Assembly (NCBI GenBank): GCA_047601445.1
Contig: JASGJH010000001.1
Location: forward strand, 4,800,001-4,864,000
Direction: 5' to 3'
DNA from: Myxococcales bacterium
Lineage (GTDB): Bacteria > Myxococcota_A > Polyangia > Polyangiales > DASUME01
DNA: 64,000 bases
Shown here: one piece after another, positions 47,544-56,705 of the stretch
Numbering within the stretch: the first letter of the stretch is position 1
How the letters are laid out: every line of letters begins with the position of its first letter
Made by a program: the position numbers and the translations under genes
Notes under the pieces: generated by a model
Seen by the model: the letters and a program-made list of their open reading frames with translations, nothing else
What the model was told of the DNA's origin: nothing
Database searches by the model: none

Positions 47544-47913
47544 GGATGTGCGCCGCTTCGTGCGCCTGCGAGCCATGTCGATGGTCTGCGGGGCGCGTCG
47601 TGCTCTTGTGGTCCGTGCGGCCTCAGATCGCCTTTTTTAGAGCTCCGCTGGGCCAGTGGAACGTGCGCTCTTGGGAGTGACGCGGCCAACTCGACGCATA
47701 CGCGGCGGTTCAGCGCCGCGAGTTCGCACGAATCCGCCTGGGAGCACCGCGAATATCGTTGGTAAACGGCGGGATCCGAGCTTGGTCCGCTCCTTGCTCG
47801 AGCATGCTCACCGAAGCCAGAGTCGTGCTCACCGAGCGACGCGCCGCACGGCGCGGCCGTAGGTACCCTCGTCGCTCGCCCGGGGCCGAAGGCAGTAGAA
47901 CCGGAGTATCAAC

Positions 47914-48459
47914 ATGCAAAGCCGTTTGCTCAGACAGTCTGGAATCTTGAGCCTCGCACTGGGAGCGCTCGTGTTCGCCGCCGCCATGCCGGCGCGCGCC
48001 GAATCGCCGGAGCAGCTGAAGTTGAAGATCGATGGGGTCCAAGCCGAAAATATGACGGGTCCCGTCAAGAGCAAGACCATCACGCTCGCGGCCGACGATG
48101 AGCGCCCCGAGCGCCGCTACAACCGCCCGCTGATGGTCACCGGCGGCGCCATGCTCGCCACCGGTTACATCCCGGCGGCCGTCACGGCGATGGCCAACAG
48201 CAAGGGCACGAGCGGCTGGCTCGGCGTGCCCGTGGTCGGTCCCTGGATCGACTGGGGCCCCCACACGAGCGCTGGTAACAAGGTCCTGCTCTTCGCGAGC
48301 GGCACGCTGCAGACCCTTGGTCTGGCCGGCATCGTGACCAGCTTCTTCATCCCGGAGTCGAAGACCAAGAAGATGCCGCTGATGACCAAGCGTAAGGTCC
48401 ACGTCTCGCCGGTCGCCGGTCGTGGCGTGTACTCGCTGTCGGCCGTCGGCACCTTCTGA
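47914..48459 (+). CDS. Secreted/membrane hypothetical protein
   Basis: GGAG RBS; signal peptide (ARA-E); VPVVGPW, hydrophobic segments, terminal VGTF. Confidence 0.65.
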   Translation: MQSRLLRQSGILSLALGALVFAAAMPARAESPEQLKLKIDGVQAENMTGPVKSKTITLAADDERPERRYNRPLMVTGGAMLATGYIPAAVTAMANSKGTSGWLGVPVVGPWIDWGPHTSAGNKVLLFASGTLQTLGLAGIVTSFFIPESKTKKMPLMTKRKVHVSPVAGRGVYSLSAVGTF

Positions 48460-48472
48460 ACAGACGGCGTAG

Positions 48473-48850
48473 CTAGCGGTGGTGGCCACCTCCAAAGTGG
48501 CCGCCACCGTGAAAGCCGCCTCCGCTGGCGTGGAAACCGCCCGCATGACCCCAGCCCCGGCCGCCGTATGAGTGGCCGTAGTACGCGGGGCCTGCGACGT
48601 GGTGATAGCCGCCGTATGGCGCGGGAACCCGGTGGTAGTAATAGGCGGGCCTGTAGCCGTAGGCCGGACCTAGGTACGCCGGAACCCCGTAAGCATAGGG
48701 CCCGTAGTAGCTCGAGTAGCCGTAGCCCGGCCCATAGCCGTACGCTGGCCCGTAGCTGTACCCGCTGTAGTAGCCGGCTCCGCAAGCGCTGAGCACGGAG
48801 CACGCGAGCGCAGCGACCAGCCAGCGCTGCCACCGCCTTCGAGCGCCCAT
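48473..48850 (-). CDS. Small Gly/Tyr/His-rich lipoprotein
   Basis: Lipobox LSAC; YGP repeats; GGFH tail repeats. Confidence 0.6.
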   Translation of the reverse strand: MGARRRWQRWLVAALACSVLSACGAGYYSGYSYGPAYGYGPGYGYSSYYGPYAYGVPAYLGPAYGYRPAYYYHRVPAPYGGYHHVAGPAYYGHSYGGRGWGHAGGFHASGGGFHGGGHFGGGHHR

Positions 48851-49032
48851 GTTTGCTTGCGAGGGAGCATGTTCACGTGAACCGAGACGACCGAGCCTCA
48901 TGGCTGCCTCCCTAGGTTCGCGCGTGCGTCGATGGGCGCACGCTCAATCCTGTCAACGGCGAGGGACCACGATCTCTTCCCGGACGACGATCACGTCTCT
49001 CGCGGAGGTCTCCGTTCGTGTCGGATCGATGC

Positions 49033-49557
49033 TTAGAAGCGCAAGCCGATGCGAGCGTTGGCCAAGAAACCGTTGGCCACCGTGTCCTTGATGGCCACGC
49101 GATAGCGCAGATCGACGCCGACCACGAGCAGCGCGATCTGAACTTCGGCCACACCGCCGGGCTCGATGTACGGCGCCCTCAATCCGTCGTTGGCCTCGCG
49201 CACCTGACCGACTCCGAAGCGCGGACTGATGTGCAAGATCTTCAGCAGCTGCCAATCCCAACCCAGATCGGCACCGAGCGTGCGTACGTCATCCACGTTG
49301 CGGCAGTTGGGCCCCACGCAGTCCGCGTTGGTGCCCACCGAGCGCGTGTAGCGGAATCCAAGCACCCAGCCGGCGACGATGAGATCGGCTGCCGCGCCGA
49401 TCTGAAGCGCATACGGATTGTTGTCGGCCTTGCCGGTGTCGACCCCGGTACCGATCAGACCTGCGAGTTCGATGCCCACGCCGTCGGCGCGAGCAGGTTG
49501 CGCGAAGACGAGAGTTGCCAGTGCCACCAAGACCAAGCCAGAGAAGCGTCCCATCAT
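49033..49557 (-). CDS. Small outer-membrane beta-barrel protein
   Basis: Signal peptide (ARA-D); alternating beta pattern; C-terminal RIGLRF. Confidence 0.7.
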   Translation of the reverse strand: MMGRFSGLVLVALATLVFAQPARADGVGIELAGLIGTGVDTGKADNNPYALQIGAAADLIVAGWVLGFRYTRSVGTNADCVGPNCRNVDDVRTLGADLGWDWQLLKILHISPRFGVGQVREANDGLRAPYIEPGGVAEVQIALLVVGVDLRYRVAIKDTVANGFLANARIGLRF

Positions 49558-49690
49558 AAGAGCAACATACCAACAGAACTCGGAGCTTCCACGTTCGGGC
49601 AACAAAAGATTTCGAATCGAAGCCGAGGCGAGCCGGAGCGGGGTGCAATGTTGCACTACAGAGGGAGCCGTCTTGAAGCCGCACCTCCAT

Positions 49691-49770
49691 GTGCCCGTGC
49701 CCGTGCCCGATTTCTTTTCCACGGCTCTTCGCGCTCAGAAACTCAGAACTCAGCATCGGGCACGGGCACG
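49691..49770. repeat. 16-bp perfect inverted repeat built from GTGCCC units with an internal CTCAGAA tandem
   Basis: CGTGCCCGTGCCCGAT (49696-49711) / ATCGGGCACGGGCACG (49755-49770). Confidence 0.8.
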
Positions 49771-49786
49771 ATGGTACGAGAGTTCT

Positions 49787-51538
49787 CTAAGGTCCGGGCG
49801 CAGGCTCTGGACTTGGGGCTTGTTCGCCGGTCAAGCCGCGCAAGCGTCGCCTGGTCCCGCGCAGCTCGTTCCCAACCGGCGCGTCACGCGTTTCGCTCGG
49901 GCTTGCGGCATTCGGCGCGGGGGTCTCGCGCGGCTGGGCGTTGAGGCGCGCATTCTCTTGTGCGAGCTGATCACGCTGTTCGGTTAGCTTGGCGTTGTCG
50001 CGCGCTTGCTGATCGCGCTGCTCGACCGCCCTGGCGCGCTCTTGTTCCAGTTGGTCGCGCTGTTGACTCAGGCGACTTCGGTCCTGCAAGAGCTGGTCGC
50101 GTTCGGAGGCGAGACTCTGCCGGTCACGCGCGAGCTGGTCGCGCTCCGTGGTCAGGTTCTGCTTGTCGCGAGCGAGCCCGTCGCGCTGGGCAGTGAGGCT
50201 CTGCCGATCGCGCAAGAGGCCATCACGCTCGACACTCAGGCCCTGCTTGTCGCGCGCGAGTCCGTCCCGCTCTGTCGTCAGGGCTTGCTTGTCCTGGAGC
50301 AGCCCGTCGCGCTGCGTGGTGAGGGTCGACTTCTGGGTGTTGAGATTCGCTACCCTCCCCTGCAGCTGCTTGACCTGGTCGTTGAGTTTGCGCCCTACGG
50401 CGAGCGCGCGATCCAGGCTGGCCTTCTCGTCACCGAGGTCCTGGGCCTGCTCCGCGATGGTGTCGAGCTGGGCGGCCGACTCAGCGCGTAGCTTCTCCGA
50501 GGCGTCGCGCTCTTGCTCGAGCACCTGGGTCTGCTGATTGAGCGCGGTGGTCTGCTTGCGAAGGAGCAGGGTGAGTACCGCGATCACGAGCCCCGCGACC
50601 ACGACCACCGGCCCCACGCGCTTGAGCAGCTTGAGCCGCGCTGCTCGCACCTCCTCGGGCCGCGTCAGCACGCGCAGCTCGTCGGCGAACTGCTCCGCGC
50701 TGGGGCGGCGCGCCGGGTCGAGGCTCAACCAACGTGCGAAGTACGGCTTCAAAAATGCGAGGTCCGCACGGGCGCTGAGCGGCACGGCCTGCTGGGCGCG
50801 CTCGTGCAGCGCCGGCAGCGGATTGTCGCCTTGCGGCTGATTCGCCAGGCTCGGGTCGAGCGCGTTGCGCAGGACCAGAGCGAGCGAGAACACATCACTG
50901 GCGCTCCCGATCGGTCCGCGATCCTCGCCCAGCATGGCCGCAGAGGCCTCGGGCGATGCGTAGGAGATCGTGAGACCACTGGGGTTTTCGCCCACTCGGC
51001 TGGCGATCCCCAGGTCGAGCAGCACCGGAAACCCACCAGCGAAGCCAGCGATCTCGGCCAGAAAGATGTTCTCGGGCTTGATGTCGTGGTGCTGCACACC
51101 CACGGCGTGCATGGCCGCCAAGCCCTGCGCGATGCGTGTGAAGATGGGCTGCGCTTCCGCCCGACTCATGGGCACGGCCGCGTCGCCGTAGCCGATCACA
51201 CTGTCGAGCGGGCGCCCCTGGTACCACGGCATGGAGAACCACAGGCGTCCATCGAGCCAGCCGTACTCCTTGAACTGCACCACCGATGGATGGCTCACGC
51301 TGGCGATGAGCCGCAGCTCACGCAACGCGAGCTCACGCTCGGCCTCGCTGCTGGCCTTGCGGAACAGGAGCTTGATGGCCACGCGATGGTTTTGAATCTC
51401 ACGGTCGATGGCCCGATAGACCACGCCGAAGCTACCCTCGCTGATGCGCTTCTCGATGACGTAGCGCCCGCCGAAAGTGCTCCCCACGTCGAGCGTCCGG
51501 AGTTCGACGACTGCCGCGGGGTCCCCTGGTTGCGCCAT
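49787..51538 (-). CDS. Membrane Ser/Thr protein kinase with C-terminal 14-aa coiled-coil repeats
   Basis: GGAG RBS; EGSFGVVY, VAIK, HHDIKPEN, DLGIA, YASPE, SDVFSL; one TM; repeat tail. Confidence 0.85.
   Translation of the reverse strand: MAQPGDPAAVVELRTLDVGSTFGGRYVIEKRISEGSFGVVYRAIDREIQNHRVAIKLLFRKASSEAERELALRELRLIASVSHPSVVQFKEYGWLDGRLWFSMPWYQGRPLDSVIGYGDAAVPMSRAEAQPIFTRIAQGLAAMHAVGVQHHDIKPENIFLAEIAGFAGGFPVLLDLGIASRVGENPSGLTISYASPEASAAMLGEDRGPIGSASDVFSLALVLRNALDPSLANQPQGDNPLPALHERAQQAVPLSARADLAFLKPYFARWLSLDPARRPSAEQFADELRVLTRPEEVRAARLKLLKRVGPVVVVAGLVIAVLTLLLRKQTTALNQQTQVLEQERDASEKLRAESAAQLDTIAEQAQDLGDEKASLDRALAVGRKLNDQVKQLQGRVANLNTQKSTLTTQRDGLLQDKQALTTERDGLARDKQGLSVERDGLLRDRQSLTAQRDGLARDKQNLTTERDQLARDRQSLASERDQLLQDRSRLSQQRDQLEQERARAVEQRDQQARDNAKLTEQRDQLAQENARLNAQPRETPAPNAASPSETRDAPVGNELRGTRRRLRGLTGEQAPSPEPAPGP
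49946..50323 (-). repeat. Nine degenerate 42-bp (14-aa) coding tandem repeats
   Basis: LTTQRDGLLQDKQA, LTTERDGLARDKQG, LSVERDGLLRDRQS ... LTEQRDQLAQENAR. Confidence 0.85.
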
Positions 51539-51629
51539 GTCTCCCGAAGTATGCGCGTTGGCCCATCCCGCGCCCACATCCCTAGAAACGTCACTTCGAG
51601 GCCAGGATCGTGTTAGACCCGAAGACGTC

Positions 51630-53141
51630 ATGGGAACAAGCTCGAGAACACATGGTCCCAGGCGTGGGGGCCCAGGTTCGCCATCATCGCCCGGAGCGGC
51701 GGTCGGTCTCTCGCTCTGGCTTCTGGCTGCTGGCGCGGCCGCACAGGCCCCCCAGGCCACGCCCAGCGCAGCCGCAGCGGCCGCCGATGCGGGCGCATCC
51801 GTGGCCACCATCGACCCCGCAACGCTGGCGACTCCGGCGCGCATCGAGGCGCTGCAGACACTCTCCACCGGTGTCCATCCCGGTGTCCCGCTCGACTCGC
51901 TGCTACCGGTTTCCCTGGACGACGACAGCTCCATGAACGAGCGAGACAAGGCCGTGCGGCTCGAGCGCCGCAAGGTGCTGATCGCCTCGCGCGTGGGGGA
52001 GCGCTTCGGCAACCGAAGCCCCGAAGAAATGGCCCAGATGCGCGACCAGGTGCTCGCCCTGGACCTGGAGCGCAAGGTGCTCGCGCTGCCCATCGAGGTG
52101 CGCTCGCGCCTCATCGACGAAGACGCCCAGCGCGCCAGCGGAGGACAGCCCGCAAGCAGTCAGGGCACCCCCGCCACGAGCAAGGCCAGCGAGCCCCAGG
52201 CCAAGAGCCCCGGCGCCAGCGGACCGGGCGTCACCAAGGCACCCGCCCGCTCGAACACGCAGCCCGCCTCTGCCAGCAGCGAGAACACACCCACCAGCGG
52301 CAAGGCCACTCCACGTTCGCTGTTCGCGAGCTTCCTGTTGCTACTCGGGCTGCTGTTCGCGGTCTGGCTCGGCACCCGCCTGTTCCGCGCCGGCGTCACC
52401 GCGCTCGCCCAGCGCGCACCCGCTCAGCGCGGCCAGCTCACCGCGCTCTCGGGCGTGGGTAGCCTGGTCATCGGCGTGGTGGGCGTGCTGGCGGCCCCCT
52501 TCGCGGCCTTCGCCAATGTCCACGAGTCGGCCCTCGGCTTCTGTGGCGCGCTCGCCTTCGCCTTGCTGGCGCTGGGCTGCCGCGACCTCGCAGCCTCCAT
52601 GCTCGCGGGCTGCGTGCTCACGCTCAAGCGTCCCTTCCGCAGCGGAGACCGCATCGAAGTCGCGGGCATCGCGGGCAAGGTCCTGCAGGTAGGCCTGACC
52701 TCCACCCAGCTTCTCACGTCGCGCAATCAGACCGTCACGCTGCCCAACCGCACCTTCCTCAACCAGCCGGTCTCCGCCCCGCGCACCGAGAGCGCGGTGG
52801 TCCCGCTCGAGGTCGACTTCTACGTCGACGCCAACCAGGACGCGGGCGCAGCCAAGCGCATCTTCGCCGAGGTGCTCGCGGGCACCCGCGGGGCCGACCT
52901 GCCCAAGGGTCAATCCATCCTGCTCAAGCAGCTCGTGCTGGGACACGGCACCGTGGTGCGGCTCAGGGCTCGGGTGTTCGTCAACGCGACCCAGGCCGAT
53001 CAAATCGAGTCCGAGCTCACGGAGCGCATGCTCGAGGGGCTGCGCACGGGCGGCATCCGAGCGCCTTCCCAGGTGCCCACCACACCGAACACCCCGCCGC
53101 GCACGCGCGAGCCCACCGAGCCCTTCGCCTTCGGAGGCTGA
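51630..53141 (+). CDS. MscS-family mechanosensitive channel with N-terminal extension (start uncertain)
   Basis: Three TM segments, then RPFRSGDRIEV.G..GKVLQVGLTST...VTLPN. Confidence 0.8.
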   Translation: MGTSSRTHGPRRGGPGSPSSPGAAVGLSLWLLAAGAAAQAPQATPSAAAAAADAGASVATIDPATLATPARIEALQTLSTGVHPGVPLDSLLPVSLDDDSSMNERDKAVRLERRKVLIASRVGERFGNRSPEEMAQMRDQVLALDLERKVLALPIEVRSRLIDEDAQRASGGQPASSQGTPATSKASEPQAKSPGASGPGVTKAPARSNTQPASASSENTPTSGKATPRSLFASFLLLLGLLFAVWLGTRLFRAGVTALAQRAPAQRGQLTALSGVGSLVIGVVGVLAAPFAAFANVHESALGFCGALAFALLALGCRDLAASMLAGCVLTLKRPFRSGDRIEVAGIAGKVLQVGLTSTQLLTSRNQTVTLPNRTFLNQPVSAPRTESAVVPLEVDFYVDANQDAGAAKRIFAEVLAGTRGADLPKGQSILLKQLVLGHGTVVRLRARVFVNATQADQIESELTERMLEGLRTGGIRAPSQVPTTPNTPPRTREPTEPFAFGG

Positions 53142-53145
53142 CACC

Positions 53146-53442
53146 ATGTTCGTGATCGAGCTGATCTACAAGGCCGAGCTCACGCAGATCGACGCCGCGA
53201 TGAAGGAGCACATGGCCTTCCTCAAGCGCGGCTACGCGGCCGGCGTGTTCGTGCTCTCGGGCCGCAAGATCCCGCGCGATGGGGGCATCCTGTTGGCGGT
53301 GGGCAACGACCGCGAGAAGGTCGAGCAGCTGATGGCGCTCGACCCCTTCGTAGCCAAGGGCCTCGCCGACGTACACATCATCCAGTTCCGAGCCAGCCAG
53401 CGGGCCGAGAACGTGGACGAGGTCTTGAAGCAGGAGCCCTAG
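53146..53442 (+). CDS. YciI family protein
   Basis: GGAGG RBS; EHMAFL...SGRKIPRDGG...DPFV; stop TAG coincides with the left element junction. Confidence 0.85.
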   Translation: MFVIELIYKAELTQIDAAMKEHMAFLKRGYAAGVFVLSGRKIPRDGGILLAVGNDREKVEQLMALDPFVAKGLADVHIIQFRASQRAENVDEVLKQEP

Positions 53443-53631
53443 AACGCATCTGATCACCTCTGCGGTTGGTCTCGTTGTCCGAGGCACGCGTAGGACATCC
53501 GTCCGACTACCGGCAAAGGGATTCTACTGCAAGCTTTGCTGCACGATGCGAGGCCGTACGCCTCGAGGCCAACGACGCGCCACAAACCCCGTTTGGGATC
53601 CTGCGCGCATCTACGGGCGCGGAGGTGGAAT

Positions 53632-55038
53632 ATGAGAATTGCAGTGAGGCTAGGTTCGTTGGCGCTGGCCGTCGTGACTGGGACCGCATCGGTGCACGCG
53701 CAGGCGACGACCGATTGGGACTATCGGGGGCGACTCGCGGTGGCCACGCATGGCGAGCACACGGCGCGCTACTTCTACCAGCACGGTGTCGACCGGGTCC
53801 TCGAGGAGCACGACGGCAGCACGACGTACTACGTCGGCGGCGACTTCGAGGTGCGCGACGGCATCGCTATTGTCTATGCGCGCCTTGGCGAGGGGCGCGT
53901 AGCGCGGCAGAGCCGGAGCGCGCTGCAGCCAGACTTGCTCGAGGACTTCGCACCGAGTGGCCGCATCGATGTGACTGATGCGTGGCTTTCGAGCCGGGCG
54001 CTCGAGCACGCGAGCGGAGCAACGCCCCCGCGGGCGAACGAGCCTGTTCGACACCTCTACGCGAGCGCGCGCCGGCTGCTGCTCGAGCACGTGCCGAGCA
54101 AGGTGTTCTTGCACAACGACCAGCTCGGCAGCCTGACCCTCGCGAGCGACCCCGGCGGACACCTGCTCGGCGAGCTAGCGTTTCAAACCACGGGCGCGGT
54201 GCGGATGAATCGCTCCCACGTGGACCGCTACGGCTTCATGGGGCAACGTCGCGATCCGATTACCGACCTGGTGCACCTGCCGCTTCGCGAGCTCGACGCG
54301 CGGGTCGGCCGCTGGCTGAGCCCTGACCCGCTGTTTCTTACCAGCGCTGAAGCGTGCCTCGCCAAGCCCTTCGAGTGCAGCAACGGATATCAGTACGTGC
54401 TGAACAACCCAGTCGACCATGTCGATCCAACGGGAGCAGCGGACACGCTGCCGTGGGCCTTGTTTGGAGATGGGAGCAGAATAGCGCTCTTTCCTCAAGC
54501 ACCTACCCCACACTCAGCAAATGCAGCACCAGTTACGATACTCGAGGAGCTAACCGAGGACCCGCCTGAGGTGGCATTCTACGGCAATTTCAGGGAGGGT
54601 TATACGGCCTACAGATACAGAGTGAGCCCTGACGATGGGTCCTCTCGCTACACCAGGTATGTGATTTTCGGCATCGGCGCCCAGCCGCTCTTGGCATCTA
54701 GCTGGGAGGAGACCCAAGCGCTCTTTGTGAAACGAGGATACTGGCAACGTCTTTTCTCGTGGTTCTCTTCGAAGCCACGCGCGAACTGGATAGCCAGGTC
54801 GTACAACGGCGTTGGTGAACATAATTGGCAGGAATCCGTGGCTCTTTCCGTCCGGAGCCAACAGAGCGAAGGGCATGGAGCGGCCGAAAACGCTCTTGGA
54901 CGGATTGATCCTTCTCTGGTTGAAGAACGATTTTCAATCTGGGGCGAACAACGCACGGCGGCATACGTGGGGAAAAACGGGGTCGAAAGTTGGAACAAAG
55001 CGCACCCCCAACCCTACACACCACGTGGTCCCCGATAA
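53632..55038 (+). CDS. Mini RHS-core protein with signal peptide and divergent C-terminal (toxin-like) domain
   Basis: GGAGG RBS; MRIAVRLGSLALAVVTGTASVHA-Q; HNDQLGS, YGFMGQRRD, GRWLSPDP, YQYVLNNPVDHVDPTG; lower-GC tip after 54435. Confidence 0.85.
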   Translation: MRIAVRLGSLALAVVTGTASVHAQATTDWDYRGRLAVATHGEHTARYFYQHGVDRVLEEHDGSTTYYVGGDFEVRDGIAIVYARLGEGRVARQSRSALQPDLLEDFAPSGRIDVTDAWLSSRALEHASGATPPRANEPVRHLYASARRLLLEHVPSKVFLHNDQLGSLTLASDPGGHLLGELAFQTTGAVRMNRSHVDRYGFMGQRRDPITDLVHLPLRELDARVGRWLSPDPLFLTSAEACLAKPFECSNGYQYVLNNPVDHVDPTGAADTLPWALFGDGSRIALFPQAPTPHSANAAPVTILEELTEDPPEVAFYGNFREGYTAYRYRVSPDDGSSRYTRYVIFGIGAQPLLASSWEETQALFVKRGYWQRLFSWFSSKPRANWIARSYNGVGEHNWQESVALSVRSQQSEGHGAAENALGRIDPSLVEERFSIWGEQRTAAYVGKNGVESWNKAHPQPYTPRGPR

Positions 55039-55123
55039 AGCTCGAGTTCGACATGGAGTCGCTCGTAGGACGCACGCAGGTCGTCGCGCTCGCTCTCCAG
55101 GCTCGCGATGCGCTCGTCCGCTG

Positions 55124-55337
55124 CGAGTTCGGCGTCGAACTCATCGCGCCGAACCGCGCGAAGCGCAGACGAACTCAAGATGGATGCCCGCTCCGCCGCG
55201 ACAAGCGTCGATGGACGATCGAGCGCCTTCGCGTGGCTCATGCGGTACCGCCGCAGCGTCACGCGCTGGGAGCATAAAGCTGAGACTTCCTCGGCTTTCT
55301 CCACCTCGCGTGCCTCGCCATCCTCCTGAAGAGGTGA
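55124..55337 (+). pseudogene. IS5-family transposase, frameshifted 3' remnant
   Basis: GVELIAPNRAKRRRTQDGCPLRRDKRRWTIER / FAWLMRYRRSVTRWEHKAE / FLGFLHLACLAILLKR read across two frameshifts. Confidence 0.85.
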
Positions 55338-55445
55338 TGAGATGCGTTCTAGGCTCCTGTCGCCGCATCGCCCCTGCCCTTGCCGGTCACGTCGCGCTGG
55401 CGGGCGCACCGGGACGGCGCAGGGGACGACGGCGAAAATGCTTGC

Positions 55446-55889
55446 TCAGCGCGTGAAGTGCTTGGCGCGCTGCTGAATCTCGCGGGCCACGCCGCGGTCC
55501 TTGGACGTCACTTCCACAAGGAAGTTGCCGCCCTCGACGCGCACGCGGAACTCCGCGCCCTTCACGCACAGCGGCGAAGTCTGGTCCTGCGTCAGCTTCG
55601 AGCACTCGGTCAGCGCGTTGTAGAGGTCGGCCTCGGTCACGTGCCTGGGCGCGCGCACGATCAGCGCCACACCGGTCGGAATGTAGGCGAACGGGCGGTC
55701 CTGCTTCCGGGTGAGCTCGCGGGCCTTCAAGATGGTGTAGCCGTCGGCGCCGCCCTGCTGCCCCTGGGCCGCAGCGGCCAAGGCCGAACAGGCCATGCTG
55801 TCCGCGGAAGCGCTGGAGATGCCGACGAAGCTGAGACCCGTGAGAAGTGCAGCTCCGGTGACGAGCCGCACGATACGTTGATGTGCCAT
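55446..55889 (-). CDS. Secreted hypothetical protein
   Basis: GGAGG RBS; signal peptide (SASA-D); three Cys. Confidence 0.6.
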   Translation of the reverse strand: MAHQRIVRLVTGAALLTGLSFVGISSASADSMACSALAAAAQGQQGGADGYTILKARELTRKQDRPFAYIPTGVALIVRAPRHVTEADLYNALTECSKLTQDQTSPLCVKGAEFRVRVEGGNFLVEVTSKDRGVAREIQQRAKHFTR

Positions 55890-56030
55890 GCGTGAATCCT
55901 CCATGGCACTCACTGTGATGTGGCTCGGACAACCTTGGAATGGGGTGAACTACCCAAGTTGACCGGGTCGATGGCCCCAAAACACGAGAAAAACGGGGCC
56001 TCTCGTGCTCTTAAGCCGCTTTCTACGCGC

Positions 56031-56399
56031 TCAAATGTCCGCGCTCGAGCCCTGGGGCGGGGGCCGGAGGGACGTCCATGGGGGCAGCGGCTTACAAACG
56101 ACGGTGAGGCTCGAGATGCCCGAACCGTCGCGGTTGGTGGGCTCCACGGCCAGGCTCACGTCGAGCACACGACCGTCGGCCTTGAGCATGCGCGCCTGAA
56201 AACGCTGGGGTGTACCGGCCTCGAACACCGCGTAGACCTGCTCGATGCCCTCCACCATCACCTCCTCGAAGCGACGCCCGCGCAGGGCACCGGTGGGCTG
56301 AGAGAGCATGCGGTGCGCGATGGCGTTCCCGGAGCTGATGCAACCGTCGGTCCCCACCACGATTACCGCGAATGGAACCGTCTCGAAGTTCTGCGTCAT
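56031..56399 (-). CDS. Stand-alone PAS-domain protein
   Basis: FETVPFAVIVVGTDGCI...N..AHRML...LRGR...KADGRVLDVSLAVEP. Confidence 0.7.
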   Translation of the reverse strand: MTQNFETVPFAVIVVGTDGCISSGNAIAHRMLSQPTGALRGRRFEEVMVEGIEQVYAVFEAGTPQRFQARMLKADGRVLDVSLAVEPTNRDGSGISSLTVVCKPLPPWTSLRPPPQGSSADI

Positions 56400-56705
56400 G
56401 AGTCCACCTCGTGTGCGCACGCGGCGCTGCGCGCGGCCGCCTCTGCCAAGCCAGGTCGAAGAAGGATACGTGCCCCCCCATGGAGACGTACCTCCGACCC
56501 CCCGGAAGAGTCCAGTTCGATTAGCCCCAAGAGCCCTGACAGCGAAATCGCTGGAAAATTGCAGTGATCACTCACGCCGTTCCCCTCCCAAACGGGCCAC
56601 GCGAGGGCACCAGTGGAACAGAGGCGTGGGCGAGCCGGCGAGGGTCAGCGACGTAATGGGCCGCGCAAAGCCTGCGACTGATCGCGAGAGTTTGGGAGGT
56701 CAGTC

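Larger units (their letters stand above)
53439..55352. mobile_element. Non-autonomous IS5-family-derived element carrying an RHS passenger gene
   Basis: CTAGAACGCATCTGATCACCTCT (53439-53461) matches the reverse complement of 55330-55352 at 22/23; CTAG at both junctions; IS5 transposase remnant ends inside the right repeat. Confidence 0.8.

Noticed and set aside
49946..50323. Regularly spaced repeats as a possible CRISPR array
   Set aside because: Degenerate in-frame 42-bp coding repeats with no unique spacers and no cas genes
51539..52114. Long N-terminal extension of the - strand kinase
   Set aside because: Largely antisense to the MscS gene; a GGAG RBS supports the start at 51538
55446..55889. 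Immunity protein for the RHS tip
   Set aside because: Opposite strand, outside the inverted repeats and host-like GC; no positive evidence
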